64,000 bases of DNA from Labilithrix sp. (GTDB taxonomy: Bacteria; Myxococcota_A; Polyangia; Polyangiales; Polyangiaceae), in contig JAHCIY010000002.1 of assembly GCA_026128965.1 (NCBI GenBank), positions 2,000,468 through 2,064,467 of the forward strand, written 5' to 3'. Shown one piece after another: positions 54,851-64,000 of the stretch. Within the stretch, counting starts at the first letter, position 1, and every line of letters begins with the position of its first letter. The notes below the pieces were generated by a model. The model saw only the letters and a list, made by a program, of their open reading frames with translations, did no database searches and was not told the DNA's origin. The position numbers were made by a program, and so were the translations under genes.

Positions 54851-56770
54851 ATGACGACGATGTTGCGCTCCGCCGTCATCGCCGCCGCGCTCGCGATGGT
54901 CGGGTGCCACGGCGCGTCCGCGAAGTCGCCCGCGGCGGCGAGCGCGGGCAGCACGCCCGCGGCGACGTGCGATCGGCTCGCGGGGGACCTCGTCGCGTTC
55001 GGCGAGGTCCTCGAGACCGCGTCCGCGAACGCGAAGCTCCGCGTCGTCACCTACGCCGGGCTCCTCGAGCTGCTCCTCTCCTTCGAGTCCGCGAGCAAGG
55101 AGCTCGACGTCGAGCTCGCGTCGCTCGGCGAGACGGCGGGGATGGAGAAGACGCGCGCGTCGCTCGCGCGATCGATCCAGTTCGCGCGGTCGGAGCGGGA
55201 GGCGCTCGAGAAGCACGCGAAGGAGATCGCGCCGCTCGCGCGCGAGACGCAGCAAGCCTGGGTCGCGCTGCGCGCGGCGTGCGAGGGACCGCGGCGCGCG
55301 CCCGAGTGCAGCGGCGTGCGCGACGCGATCGGCAAGTACGACGGCGCGGACACGAGCGAGGCGCACGAGAAGGCGGTGGCCGCGCTCGGCGCGCTGAAGA
55401 TCACGACGCCGGCGCTCGTGAAGGCGCGCGACCGCGCGACGAAGGCGAGCAAGGCGGCCTCCGTCGCGATCGCGGCGCGGCGCGAGACGACCAACGCGAT
55501 GCCGCAGCGCTGGGCCGAGGTGCAGAAGGACCTCGCCTCGTCGGTCGACGGGCTCGTCGCGTCGTGCAAGGGTGAGCCGCATCCGTCGTCGCAGCTCGTC
55601 GCGGCGGCGAAGCCGGATCCGCGGAAGCTCACCGTGCTCGTGCACGTGCGCCCGCCGGCGGGGGTCGAGCGGCAGCTCCTCGCGCTCTCGGCGTCGGCGC
55701 GCGATCCCGGCGAGAAGGCCTTCTACCGCGCGCGGGCGGAGGGCGCGTTCGGGAGCGGCTTCTTCCTCGTCCAGAAGGGCGCGAAGAACAAGCCCGAGGT
55801 CCTCGTCGTCACGAACCGTCACGTCGTCGAGCTCGGCGACGTCGCGGCGCTCGAGCTCGCGGACGGCACGTCGCTCGGCCAGGCCGAGATCGTCTACGCG
55901 AACCCGGCCCACGACCTCGCGGTGCTGCGGCCGACCGGCAAGCTCACGGTGAAGGAGGGCTTCGCGTTCGCGGATCAGCCGGTGAAGGACCAGCAGACCG
56001 TCATCGCGACCGGCTTCCCCGGGATGATCGGGCGGCCCTCGTACCAGACGACGAAGGGCTACGTGTCGAACGAGAGCTTCCGCCTCGACGAAGGGATGCG
56101 CCCGCTCACGTACGTGCAGCACACCGCGCCGATCGATCCCGGCTCGAGCGGCGGCCCGCTCACGGACGAGGCGGGCCACATCGTCGGCGTGAACACGCTC
56201 AAGGTGAGCGGGCGCGAGAACGTCGGCCTCGCGGTGCCGTCGAAGTACGTGCTCTCCACGTTGCAGGTCGCGAGCTCGATCGAGGCGCACCACGCGAAGG
56301 GCGCGCGCCTCGCGTGCCTCGGCTTCGTCGCGGAGCTCGGCGCCGCGGAGCCGCGCATGCTCGTGCTCGAGCAGATGATCTCGAACCACCTCGTCGCGGG
56401 GGACGGCCTCGAGGCGGCGGCGGCGCTCAGCAGCGAGCCCGGCTTCGAGGAGCTCTGGAACGACGACAGCGTCCGCGCGATGCGCATCGCGACGCTGGTG
56501 AAGCTGCGCACGCTCATCATGGGCGGCGGCGGACCGTCGGTGCTCGAGACGTGCGACGACGCCGACACGAAGGCGGACACCGCGAAGTACCGCATCCGGA
56601 TGGGGAACTTCGAGACGCGCGAGCTCCTCTTGCGGTGGGAGCACGGCCGCTGGAAGATCGACGGCCTCGACGCGAAGGGCGCCGCCGCCGCGCGACCGGG
56701 CAGCAAGAAGCTCCCCGCCGCAGGGCCGGGCGGATCGCGTAAGGTGGCGCCTCCCAAGAAGCGCCCATGA
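54851..56770 (+). CDS. trypsin-like (S1/DegP-type) serine protease lipoprotein
   Basis: Lipobox AMVGCHG. Catalytic triad contexts TNRHVV, AHDLAVL and DPGSSGGPL. The N-terminal helical domain is about 270 aa. Confidence 0.75.
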   Translation: MTTMLRSAVIAAALAMVGCHGASAKSPAAASAGSTPAATCDRLAGDLVAFGEVLETASANAKLRVVTYAGLLELLLSFESASKELDVELASLGETAGMEKTRASLARSIQFARSEREALEKHAKEIAPLARETQQAWVALRAACEGPRRAPECSGVRDAIGKYDGADTSEAHEKAVAALGALKITTPALVKARDRATKASKAASVAIAARRETTNAMPQRWAEVQKDLASSVDGLVASCKGEPHPSSQLVAAAKPDPRKLTVLVHVRPPAGVERQLLALSASARDPGEKAFYRARAEGAFGSGFFLVQKGAKNKPEVLVVTNRHVVELGDVAALELADGTSLGQAEIVYANPAHDLAVLRPTGKLTVKEGFAFADQPVKDQQTVIATGFPGMIGRPSYQTTKGYVSNESFRLDEGMRPLTYVQHTAPIDPGSSGGPLTDEAGHIVGVNTLKVSGRENVGLAVPSKYVLSTLQVASSIEAHHAKGARLACLGFVAELGAAEPRMLVLEQMISNHLVAGDGLEAAAALSSEPGFEELWNDDSVRAMRIATLVKLRTLIMGGGGPSVLETCDDADTKADTAKYRIRMGNFETRELLLRWEHGRWKIDGLDAKGAAAARPGSKKLPAAGPGGSRKVAPPKKRP

Positions 56771-57984
56771 CCCCCGACGACGCTCCCGCCTCCCCGCCGC
56801 GCGACGAAGACCCCGCCGCGGCGCCGAAGGCGGAGGCGGAGCCGAAGGTGGTCCCCGTGCTCGGGCCGCGGCCGCGCGTGGCGGCGATCGACGTGCTGCG
56901 CGGGCTCGTGATGGTGATCATGTCGATCGACCACGCGTCCGAGATGTTCAACTCCGGGCGGCTCTTCACCGATTCCATCCGCTGGTACGAGCCGGGTCAG
57001 GAGCTGCCCGCCGCGCAGTTCTTCACGCGCTGGATCACCCATCTCTGCGCCCCCACGTTCGTCGCGCTCGCGGGGACGTCGCTCGCGATCTCGACCGAGT
57101 CGCGGCGCCTGCGCGGCAAGAGCGAGAAGGCGATCGATCTCCACATCCTCTCGCGCGGCTTCGCGATCCTCCTCTTCGAGGTCGTCTGGATGTCGCCGGT
57201 GATGCTCCGGCCGGGGCGCTTCCTCTTCCAGGTGCTCTACGCGATCGGCGGATCGCTCGTGTGCATGGTCGTGCTGCGGCGGCTCGGGGATCGGACGCTC
57301 CTCGTCGTCGGCCTCCTCCTCGCGTTCTGCAGCGAGATGATCGTCGGCTTCTTCGCCGGCGTCGGCGAGCTCGACTCGCTCGGGGTCGGGCTCTTCGCGG
57401 CGGGCGGGTTCTTCTTCGATCGCCGCCTCATCGTCGCGTACCCGATCGTCCCCTGGCTCTCGATGATGTGCATCGGCTGGGCGTTCGGGCGGCACATCGT
57501 CGTGTGGCGCGCCGCGGGCAAGGACGAGACGCGCCTCGCCACGCGCGCGCTCGCGATCGCCGGCGCGGTGAGCCTCGTGCTGTTCGCGCTCGTCCGCGGG
57601 AAGAACGCGTTCGGCAACATGCGCCTCCATCGCGAGGACGGCTCGCTCGTGCAGTGGCTGCACGTCAGCAAGTACCCGCCGAGCTTCACGTACGTGACGC
57701 TCGAGCTCGGCATCGCCGCGCTCCTGCTCGCCGCGTTCCTCTGGATCGGGCCGCGCCGCGTCCTCGAGCCGCTGCGGCTCCTCGGGCAGACCGCCCTCTT
57801 CTATTACCTGCTCCACATCCACGTGCTGAAGCTCGTCGCGGTGGTGACGGGGACGGAGGGCAAGCTCGGCATCGTCTCCGCCTACGTCGGCGGGCTCGCG
57901 ATCGCGGCGGCGCTCTACCTTCCGTGCCGGTGGTACCGCGGCTACAAGTCGGCGCACGCCGACGGCTGGACGCGCTTCGTCTGA
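56767..57984 (+). CDS. DUF1624/HGSNAT-like membrane acyltransferase-family protein
   Basis: IDVLRGLVMVIMSIDH signature plus about 9 further TM helices. Confidence 0.65.
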   Translation: MTPDDAPASPPRDEDPAAAPKAEAEPKVVPVLGPRPRVAAIDVLRGLVMVIMSIDHASEMFNSGRLFTDSIRWYEPGQELPAAQFFTRWITHLCAPTFVALAGTSLAISTESRRLRGKSEKAIDLHILSRGFAILLFEVVWMSPVMLRPGRFLFQVLYAIGGSLVCMVVLRRLGDRTLLVVGLLLAFCSEMIVGFFAGVGELDSLGVGLFAAGGFFFDRRLIVAYPIVPWLSMMCIGWAFGRHIVVWRAAGKDETRLATRALAIAGAVSLVLFALVRGKNAFGNMRLHREDGSLVQWLHVSKYPPSFTYVTLELGIAALLLAAFLWIGPRRVLEPLRLLGQTALFYYLLHIHVLKLVAVVTGTEGKLGIVSAYVGGLAIAAALYLPCRWYRGYKSAHADGWTRFV

Positions 57985-57985
57985 T

Positions 57986-59452
57986 TCAGACGAGCTGCTT
58001 CACGAGGTCGGGCTTCACGACCTTGCCGAGCGCGTTGCGCGGGAGCGCGTCGAAGAAGAGGACCTGCTTCGGGACCTTGTACGGCGCGAGGTGCTCCTTG
58101 ACGAACGCGCGCAGCGCCTCGGCCTCGCACGCGCGATGCGCCTGCACGCACGCGACGACGCGCTCGCCCCACGCCTCGTCCGGCACGCCGACGACCGCGA
58201 CGTCGTCGACGTCGGGGTGGCGGCGCAGCACCTCCTCGATCTCGAGCGCGGACAGCTTGTAGCCGCCGCTCTTGAGGATGTCGACGCTGGTACGCCCCAG
58301 GATCTTGAACGGTCGTCCCTCGAGGCTCGGCTCACGCATCACCGTGTCGCCGGTGCGAAACCACGGCGTCCCGCCGTCGCTCGCGGCGACGAACGCGCGC
58401 GCGGTCTCGGCTTCCTTCTGGTGATACCCGACGAACACGGACGGCCCGCGGATCCAGAGCTCGCCGGTGTCGGCGTCCTCGCCTTCGTCGTCGACGATGC
58501 GCGTCTCGACCGTCGGCAGCGGTTGCCCGACGTGGCCGGCGTGGCGCGGTCCGTCGAGCGGGTTCGTGATGCCGACGCCGATCTCGGTCATGCCGAAGCG
58601 CTCGAGCGGGATCTTCCCGTTCACCGCGCGCCACCGCTCCGCGAGCGTGACCGGGAGCGCCGCGCTGCCGCTCGTCGCGAGCCGCAGCTGACGCGCGTTG
58701 GCCGACCAGCGCGCGCGCGTCGCGTCGTCGGCGGCGTCGAAGGCGGCGAAGAGACGGTGGTACATCGAGGGCACGCCCATGAAGACGGTGGCGCGCGCCA
58801 TCTCGTTCCAGATCGCGACCGCGTCGAAGGAGCGAAGCATCCGCGCGGTAGCTCCGGCGCCGATCGCGGTGAGCAGCGCGATCGCGAGGCCGTGCATGTG
58901 ATGGAGCGGCAGCGAGTGGAGGAGCACGTCGCTCTCGCGAAACCCCCACGCCGCGCCGACGAGCTCCTGCTGGATCGCGAGGTTCGCGTGCGTGAGCACG
59001 GCGCCCTTCGGCTTGCCGGTCGTGCCGCTCGTGTAGAGCTGCAGCGCGGGCGCGCCCGCGGCGATCGGCGGCAGCGGCGCGGGCTCGTACGCGGCGAGCG
59101 CGCTCACGTCGCGGACGTCGAGCGGCGGCGCGAGCTTCGCGAGCGAGGCGGACGCGACGACGGTGCCGACGCCGGCGTCTTCGCAGTAGTAGCGGAGCTC
59201 GGCGGCGGGATGGATCGGGGTGAGGACGATGAGCGCGCGTCCGGCGAGGAGCGCGCCGTAGAAGGAGGCGAGGAAGTCGACGCCGGGCAGGGCGAGCACG
59301 GCGACGCGGTCTCCGCTCACGTCGCCGAGCGCCGCCGCCACGCCGCGCGCGCGCCGCACGAGCGAGGCGTACGAGTGCTCGCCGCTGTCGTCGATCACCG
59401 CCGTCCGCGCGTCCTCCCCGCGCGCGAGGAACCGCTCCAGAAGCAGACTCAC
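57986..59452 (-). CDS. acyl-CoA synthetase / AMP-dependent ligase
   Basis: YTSGTTGKPKG AMP-binding motif, GMTE and a C-terminal GKVVK motif. Confidence 0.85.
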   Translation of the reverse strand: MSLLLERFLARGEDARTAVIDDSGEHSYASLVRRARGVAAALGDVSGDRVAVLALPGVDFLASFYGALLAGRALIVLTPIHPAAELRYYCEDAGVGTVVASASLAKLAPPLDVRDVSALAAYEPAPLPPIAAGAPALQLYTSGTTGKPKGAVLTHANLAIQQELVGAAWGFRESDVLLHSLPLHHMHGLAIALLTAIGAGATARMLRSFDAVAIWNEMARATVFMGVPSMYHRLFAAFDAADDATRARWSANARQLRLATSGSAALPVTLAERWRAVNGKIPLERFGMTEIGVGITNPLDGPRHAGHVGQPLPTVETRIVDDEGEDADTGELWIRGPSVFVGYHQKEAETARAFVAASDGGTPWFRTGDTVMREPSLEGRPFKILGRTSVDILKSGGYKLSALEIEEVLRRHPDVDDVAVVGVPDEAWGERVVACVQAHRACEAEALRAFVKEHLAPYKVPKQVLFFDALPRNALGKVVKPDLVKQLV

Positions 59453-59515
59453 GCGCGCTTCTTACACGACCACGCGCGCCGCGCGAAGTACGCTTCTCGT
59501 CGTGGGGTGGGGGAG

Positions 59516-60766
59516 ATGAAAGGCAAACGAAAGAAGAAGCGTGGAGCGAGGGCTCCTTCGCGCCTCGCGCTGCTCGTGCCCGTCGTCGTCGTGGGGGCTG
59601 GGCTCGTCGTCCTTTGGTGCAACAGCCGCGGCGGCGGCGCGCCGAGCTCGACGGCGCTCGACGTGCCCAGCGCGGCGCCGAGCGTGTCGGCGGCGCCGGA
59701 GCCGAATCCGATCGACGTGGCGACGCCCGGCTTCGTGCAGATCGCGGCCGCGGGACGCCTCACCTGCGGCCGCACCGACGAGGGGACGGTGCTGTGCTGG
59801 GGCGACAGCGCCTTCACGACCAAGACGCGGTCGGCCGCTCGGCTCCCGGCGCCGCGGCGCGCGCAGCCGACGCTCGTCGCACGGCTCGAAGACGCGATCG
59901 ACCTCGACGTCACGCCGAGCCACGGATGTGCGGTGACGAAGACGGGCGCGGTCCGATGCTGGGTCGACATCACCGCCGCGAGCCTCGATCTCGGAGGAGC
60001 TCCCGAGGAGGCGGTCGCGCTCACCGCCGACGCCACCGGCGTCTCCGACGCCGTGAGCGTGCGCGGCGGCGGCGGCTCGAGCGCCTCGTTCTGCGTCGTT
60101 CATCGCGACGGGACGGGGAGCTGCATGACGGCGAGCGCGCCGGACGTTCCGGCGTCGCCGGAGAAGGTGAGCGGCCTCTCCGCCCTCACGACGATCGAGC
60201 CCGGCGGCGTTCACAAGTGCGCGCTGACGAAGGACGGACGCGTCGTCTGCTGGGGCGGCAACATGAGCGGCCAGACCGGCATGCTGACGCGCAGCGATCC
60301 CGCCGGCGCGCCGCCGCTCCTCGAGGGCGCGACGTCCCTCTCGGCGGGGTCCGCGTTCTCGTGCGCGGTCAAGGACGGGCGGCCATATTGTTGGGGCTCC
60401 AACGGTTCGCGGCAGGTGAGCGGCGCGCTCGTCCCGTCGGTCGAGGCGCCCGTCGTCGCGCGCGACATCGCGGGCGTTCGTCGCGTCGAGGCCGGCGTTT
60501 ACCACGCGTGCGCCGTGACCGACGCGGGGCGCGTTCGCTGCTGGGGTGACGATCGCTACCGGCAGTCGGCGAGCGAGCGCGACGTCCCCGGCATCGAAGA
60601 CGCGATCGACGTCGCGGTCGGCGAATGGCATTCGTGCGCGCTGCTGAAGTCGACGAAGGTCCTCTGTTGGGGCGAGAACCTCCGCGGCCAGCTCGGCGAC
60701 GGCACCGTCTCGAGCTTCACGCTCGCGCCCCGGCCCGTGATCGTCCCCGCGTCGAAGGACGAATGA
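59516..60766 (+). CDS. secreted RCC1-repeat (beta-propeller) protein
   Basis: The ATG at 59516 follows a GGGGAG ribosome-binding site. Signal/TM segment LALLVPVVVVGAGLVV. Repeated HxCA(V/L)..G.V.CWG blades. Confidence 0.7.
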   Translation: MKGKRKKKRGARAPSRLALLVPVVVVGAGLVVLWCNSRGGGAPSSTALDVPSAAPSVSAAPEPNPIDVATPGFVQIAAAGRLTCGRTDEGTVLCWGDSAFTTKTRSAARLPAPRRAQPTLVARLEDAIDLDVTPSHGCAVTKTGAVRCWVDITAASLDLGGAPEEAVALTADATGVSDAVSVRGGGGSSASFCVVHRDGTGSCMTASAPDVPASPEKVSGLSALTTIEPGGVHKCALTKDGRVVCWGGNMSGQTGMLTRSDPAGAPPLLEGATSLSAGSAFSCAVKDGRPYCWGSNGSRQVSGALVPSVEAPVVARDIAGVRRVEAGVYHACAVTDAGRVRCWGDDRYRQSASERDVPGIEDAIDVAVGEWHSCALLKSTKVLCWGENLRGQLGDGTVSSFTLAPRPVIVPASKDE

Positions 60767-61110
60767 CCTCCGCGCTCGGCGTGAGGTGAAAAAGAGGAGC
60801 CTGGCTCATGCCCTGGTGGATGGAGACCAGGATGGGGTGGTCGGTTTTGCCTTTTGCTCGGTGCCGACTGCAACGAAGAGGTGACGCGCTACGGAGTGCA
60901 ACGAACGAACCATCTCGGCTGGTGGTGGGCGAAAAACGAAAGACGAAAGGACACATGACGCAGGTACGGCCGATCCTTCGGCTAGCCGCCAGGCTCCCAA
61001 ATTTGTGTCTCCTCAAACGGGTACGCTCCCGCAGACTCGCGAACCCTCGGGTCGTTCATCGGCGAGCAGCGGAGGATGCGCGCGTCTTCGCGCGCGTCCT
61101 ACGGCTGCGA

Positions 61111-61139
61111 GCGGGGTGCAGGGGGCAGAGCCCCCTGCG
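61111..61139. other. second copy of the conserved hairpin motif GCGGGGTGCAGGGGGCAGAGCCCCCTGCG directly after a minus-strand stop codon
   Basis: Near-identical to 31113-31139. Positioned 2 nt 3' of the TAA of the 61141..61842 gene. Confidence 0.4.
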
Positions 61140-61140
61140 T

Positions 61141-61842
61141 TTAAGCCACGAGCTCGGTCTTGTTCGCGCGGTTGATCGCTTGTTTCACGCGCTGGAGGAA
61201 CTCCTGCACGCGGTCGATCTCGTTGTACATCTCGCGCGCGGGGAGGCCGTAGTCGGTGGTCTCGACGACGTCGAAGCCGACGAGCTCCATCTCCTCCGCC
61301 TTGAGGCCCTTCTCGCTGAAGGTCTCCTTCTTGCGCTCGACCTTGTTGACGGCGCGATGCTTCACGAAGTCGGGGCCCGTCTCGTAGACCGAGACGTTGT
61401 CCTGGCGGAGCGGGACCGCGCGTGCGGCCTGCTCCATCTTCGGGATGATGTCGCTCTTGAGGACGAGCAGCTCCGGCACCGTGTACGTGCGCGCGACGCC
61501 GTCGATGTCCTCGACCTCGGCGACGGCGCGCTGATTGGTGAGCGAGATGCGGAGCGCGAGCGCGCGGTCTTCGGCGACGATCTCCGCGAGCTTCGCGCGG
61601 CACTCGTCGACGGTGTAATGGCGCGTCGTCTTCTTCTCCGATCCCTCGAACGCGACGAAGGGCTCGCCTCCGTCGATCGCGAGGGTCCGGAACGAGCGCT
61701 TCACGCTTCCGGCGGCCTGGAGCCGGCCGACCCACGTCGCGAGGTCTGCGCCGAGCTTCTTGCGGCGATTGAAGGCATCGCCGAGGGTCATGGATGGAGC
61801 GGCGGGTGTGGGATCGACGGTATTCACGACGGGTGTCTCCAC
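61141..61842 (-). CDS. hypothetical protein
   Basis: 233-aa ORF with highly charged, protein-like composition and good GC3. Confidence 0.45.
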   Translation of the reverse strand: METPVVNTVDPTPAAPSMTLGDAFNRRKKLGADLATWVGRLQAAGSVKRSFRTLAIDGGEPFVAFEGSEKKTTRHYTVDECRAKLAEIVAEDRALALRISLTNQRAVAEVEDIDGVARTYTVPELLVLKSDIIPKMEQAARAVPLRQDNVSVYETGPDFVKHRAVNKVERKKETFSEKGLKAEEMELVGFDVVETTDYGLPAREMYNEIDRVQEFLQRVKQAINRANKTELVA

Positions 61843-62087
61843 GCGCCGAGGGGCGCGGCCGCAGCGCTCGGGGGGTGACCTGCGCGGTGGCGCGGGCTCG
61901 AGCAGAGGTGCTCGCCGAACGAGGGCCGCGTGAACCTAAGCACCCGCTTCGGGCTCACAACCCCTGTGAATGCAGATTCGCAGGGGCTGCGGAGGGGCGG
62001 GGTTTTCCGCGAGCCCCGCGCGGCACGCGACCTGCAGGTGTAAACTGCAAAGCGAGCGAGCCATGGACACCCAGCCGAGAGTTCTTT

Positions 62088-62210
62088 TGTCAACGTCGGG
62101 GGCTTTGCCCCCGACACCCCCACCCCGCGACCACGGCCCTCGCGCGGAGCGCGAGGGTTGCTTCGCAACCGCTGCAGCGGCCGCGGTCGCGGGGCCCCCT
62201 CTCGACCTTC
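62088..62210. repeat. third copy of the dispersed element of about 125 bp (same orientation as the 49311-49440 copy)
   Basis: caacgtcgggggctttgcccccgacacccccaccccgcgaccacggccctcgcgcggagcgcgagggttgcttcgcaaccgc...gcggccgcggtcgcggggcc is about 90% identical to the reverse complement of 49520-49640. It generates matching pseudo-peptides in ORFs 49496.. and 61824... Confidence 0.6.
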
Positions 62211-62332
62211 GCCTATCGGCACCGTTCCCGGCGGAGTCCCGTCGGGGGGCTGAGACGAGCGGGGTTGTGGCGGCTGCGGTCGCAGGGCCCGGCGGGCGGA
62301 CTGCGACGAGCGGTGCTTCTGCGCGTGCTGCT

Positions 62333-62644
62333 GTGCTCTTCTTTGTTGCTGGAGCGGTTGCGCTTCTTGGGGCGTGCGCGATCGATCCTACGGATGGGAT
62401 GGCGCGTTCGGGGCCGAGCGGTGGCATGGGGGTGGAGTGCAAGTGCCCGGGCACGACGGCGGACTGCAGTGGCGAGCAGGGGCAGTGCCAGAGCGGCCTC
62501 GATTGCCGCCGCACCGACAACAACCGCAACATTTGCACCATCGATTGCGGGAGCAACCCGCTCACCGGCGCGTGTCCCGCGAACTTCGTGTGCAAGGCGA
62601 TCGGCGTCCCGGGCACGCGCCTCGCGTGCCACAAGAGCCCGTGA
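62333..62644 (+). CDS. small Cys-rich secreted lipoprotein candidate
   Basis: The GTG start gives MLFFVAGAVALLGAC. The mature part has 10 Cys (CKCPG..C..C..C). The upstream part of the ORF track entry 61970.. is translation of the repeat element. Confidence 0.4.
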   Translation: MLFFVAGAVALLGACAIDPTDGMARSGPSGGMGVECKCPGTTADCSGEQGQCQSGLDCRRTDNNRNICTIDCGSNPLTGACPANFVCKAIGVPGTRLACHKSP

Positions 62645-62660
62645 GCTCGTAGCAGGGTTG

Positions 62661-63917
62661 TCAGTGCAGCTCGCCGACGAGCCAGGCCTGCGCGGGGACG
62701 AGCACCTCTTCGGGTGACGCGCCGCCGGTGCGGATGTGTCCGCGCCGATCGATCGTGAAGCCGTGGTCGCCCACGATGAAGAGGAGCGTGCGTGGAGCGA
62801 CGGTGGTGAGGTGGCGCGCGATCGCCTCCGCGACCGACTGCGCGATGCCGGGGAGCTCGTGCACGGCGTTCGCGCCGGCGGCTTCGAGAAGGGAGGGGAC
62901 GAGGTCGAGCTTGTAGACCTCGCGCGAGCCGACGCGCAGGCGGCGCACGGCTTCGGCGGCGCGGCCGCGCAGCGACTCGGAGGCTTCTTCGCCGGCGGGA
63001 GCGCGGAGCGCGTCCATGCCGCGGGCGAGGGTCTCGAGCTGTCGCATCGTCGTGGTGGGGAGGGCGCTCCAGAGCATCGTCTCGGCGCCGAGCGAGGCGA
63101 CGCCGGCGGTCTCGCGCGCGAGCGCGTCACGGACCATCGCGCCGACGTCCCAGCGGAGCGAGTCGACGAGGAGCACGTGGGCGGAGCGCGCGCCGACGAG
63201 GCGAGCCTGCTTGGAGGCGAGGTCGAAGGCGTCCATCACGAGGCGTGGTCGCCGGTTCGTGGCCCCGAACGTCGTGAACGCGTCGGTATACGACCGCTCG
63301 AACGAGCGTCGAAACTCGTCGAACGCCCGCAACGCACGCGGATCGTCGAGCCCCCCCGCGATCGCGTTCGCGAGCGGCACATAGCTCTCTGCAAAGAGCC
63401 GCTCGAACGCCGCGAGCGGCTGCGCCCCCCGCGCCGCGGCGAGCGCAAGCACCCAGCTCCGCCAAGCATCGTTCGCGACCGTAGCCTCCGGCACCCCCAC
63501 CGTCGCACTCCGCGCAGCCTTCCTCCGCCCCCGCCCCTCGCCACCACGCATAGCTTCACCCTCACGCGCGGTCGCAGCCTCACGCGTCATCACCACATCC
63601 CGCGCCGCTTCGGTCTCGCGCGCGGTCTTAGCGTCACGCGTGGTCACCGCGTCCCGCGTCGCTTCGGTCTCGCGCGCGGTCGTAGCGTTGCGTGCCGGGT
63701 CGGTCTCACAAGCGGTTGCAGCCTCATGCGTCTGTTCGGCGTCGTCGCGAGTAGGCGCAGCATCGCGGGTCTGTTCCGCCTCATGCCGGACCTCGACGTC
63801 GCGCATCTGTTCGACATCGCGAGTGGTCGCGACCTCACGAGTGGTCGCAGTGGTCGCACCGTCGCGAGTGGTCGCGACCTCACGAGTGGTCGCAGTGGTC
63901 GCACCGTCGCGAGCCAT
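62661..63917 (-). CDS. alkaline-phosphatase-superfamily (PglZ-like) domain protein with an N-terminal Thr/Arg/Glu/Ala-rich repeat region; the start is uncertain
   Basis: The C-terminal domain has VLLVDSLRWDVG and LLFIVGDHGFTIDRRG motifs, resembling the PglZ phosphatase-like fold. The N-terminus is encoded by imperfect tandem repeats that continue to the window end. Confidence 0.5.
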   Translation of the reverse strand: MARDGATTATTREVATTRDGATTATTREVATTRDVEQMRDVEVRHEAEQTRDAAPTRDDAEQTHEAATACETDPARNATTARETEATRDAVTTRDAKTARETEAARDVVMTREAATAREGEAMRGGEGRGRRKAARSATVGVPEATVANDAWRSWVLALAAARGAQPLAAFERLFAESYVPLANAIAGGLDDPRALRAFDEFRRSFERSYTDAFTTFGATNRRPRLVMDAFDLASKQARLVGARSAHVLLVDSLRWDVGAMVRDALARETAGVASLGAETMLWSALPTTTMRQLETLARGMDALRAPAGEEASESLRGRAAEAVRRLRVGSREVYKLDLVPSLLEAAGANAVHELPGIAQSVAEAIARHLTTVAPRTLLFIVGDHGFTIDRRGHIRTGGASPEEVLVPAQAWLVGELH

Positions 63918-64000
63918 CGCGGCCTCGTGAGCGGTCGCAGTGGTCGCAGCGTCGCGAGCCGCAGCGTTGCGAGCGGTTGCAGCATCGCGAGCGGTTGCAG
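63600..64000. repeat. imperfect tandem repeats of about 30-45 nt (gtggtcgc(a/g)..gtcgcgag.ggtcgc) underlying the low-complexity N-terminus
   Basis: Repeated units (gtggtcgcagtggtcgcaccgtcgcgagtggtcgcgacctcacga) are visible in the last 400 nt of the window. Confidence 0.5.

Noticed and set aside
54212-56644. 810-aa minus-strand ORF
   Set aside because: Antisense shadow of the serine-protease lipoprotein gene 54851..56770. Arg-rich.
60770-61135. tRNA or other structured RNA gene in the AT-richer island
   Set aside because: No cloverleaf-compatible segment with a GTTC(G/A)A T-loop motif and no acceptor-stem pairing were found by eye. Left as an unclassified possible sRNA only.

Overview
This 64-kb window has very high GC content, a dense run of predicted lipoproteins, a Ser/Thr kinase with a PEGA domain, ECF and group-3 sigma factors, and many Arg/Pro-rich shadow ORFs, all of which fit a myxobacterial-type (Myxococcota) chromosome. 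Recognisable housekeeping loci are the gap-pgk-tpiA-secG operon, ftsH-tilS, rlmD, mnmA, an SNF2 helicase, a TolC-like channel, a B12-radical-SAM enzyme, an acyl-CoA synthetase and a DegP-like protease. The accessory highlight is a lasso-peptide (RiPP) biosynthetic locus of about 9.5 kb at roughly 19.5-29.1 kb. Its precursor, asparagine-synthetase-like cyclase, HPr-kinase-like kinase and PqqD/RRE genes are translationally coupled, and they are followed by a PF14907 nucleotidyltransferase, a SAM methyltransferase, an ABC exporter and a GT2 glycosyltransferase. A PhyH-family Fe/2OG enzyme is transcribed divergently from the precursor, and no recognisable B2 leader peptidase is present. The window also contains several repeat families: an 11-unit array of 20-bp tandem repeats, a dispersed element of about 125 bp in three copies (two arranged as an inverted pair), tandem repeats of about 90 bp beside an anti-sigma gene, a degenerate repeat tract after the SNF2 gene, and a conserved post-stop hairpin motif. 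The Ser/Thr-kinase/PEGA gene appears interrupted by frameshifts.
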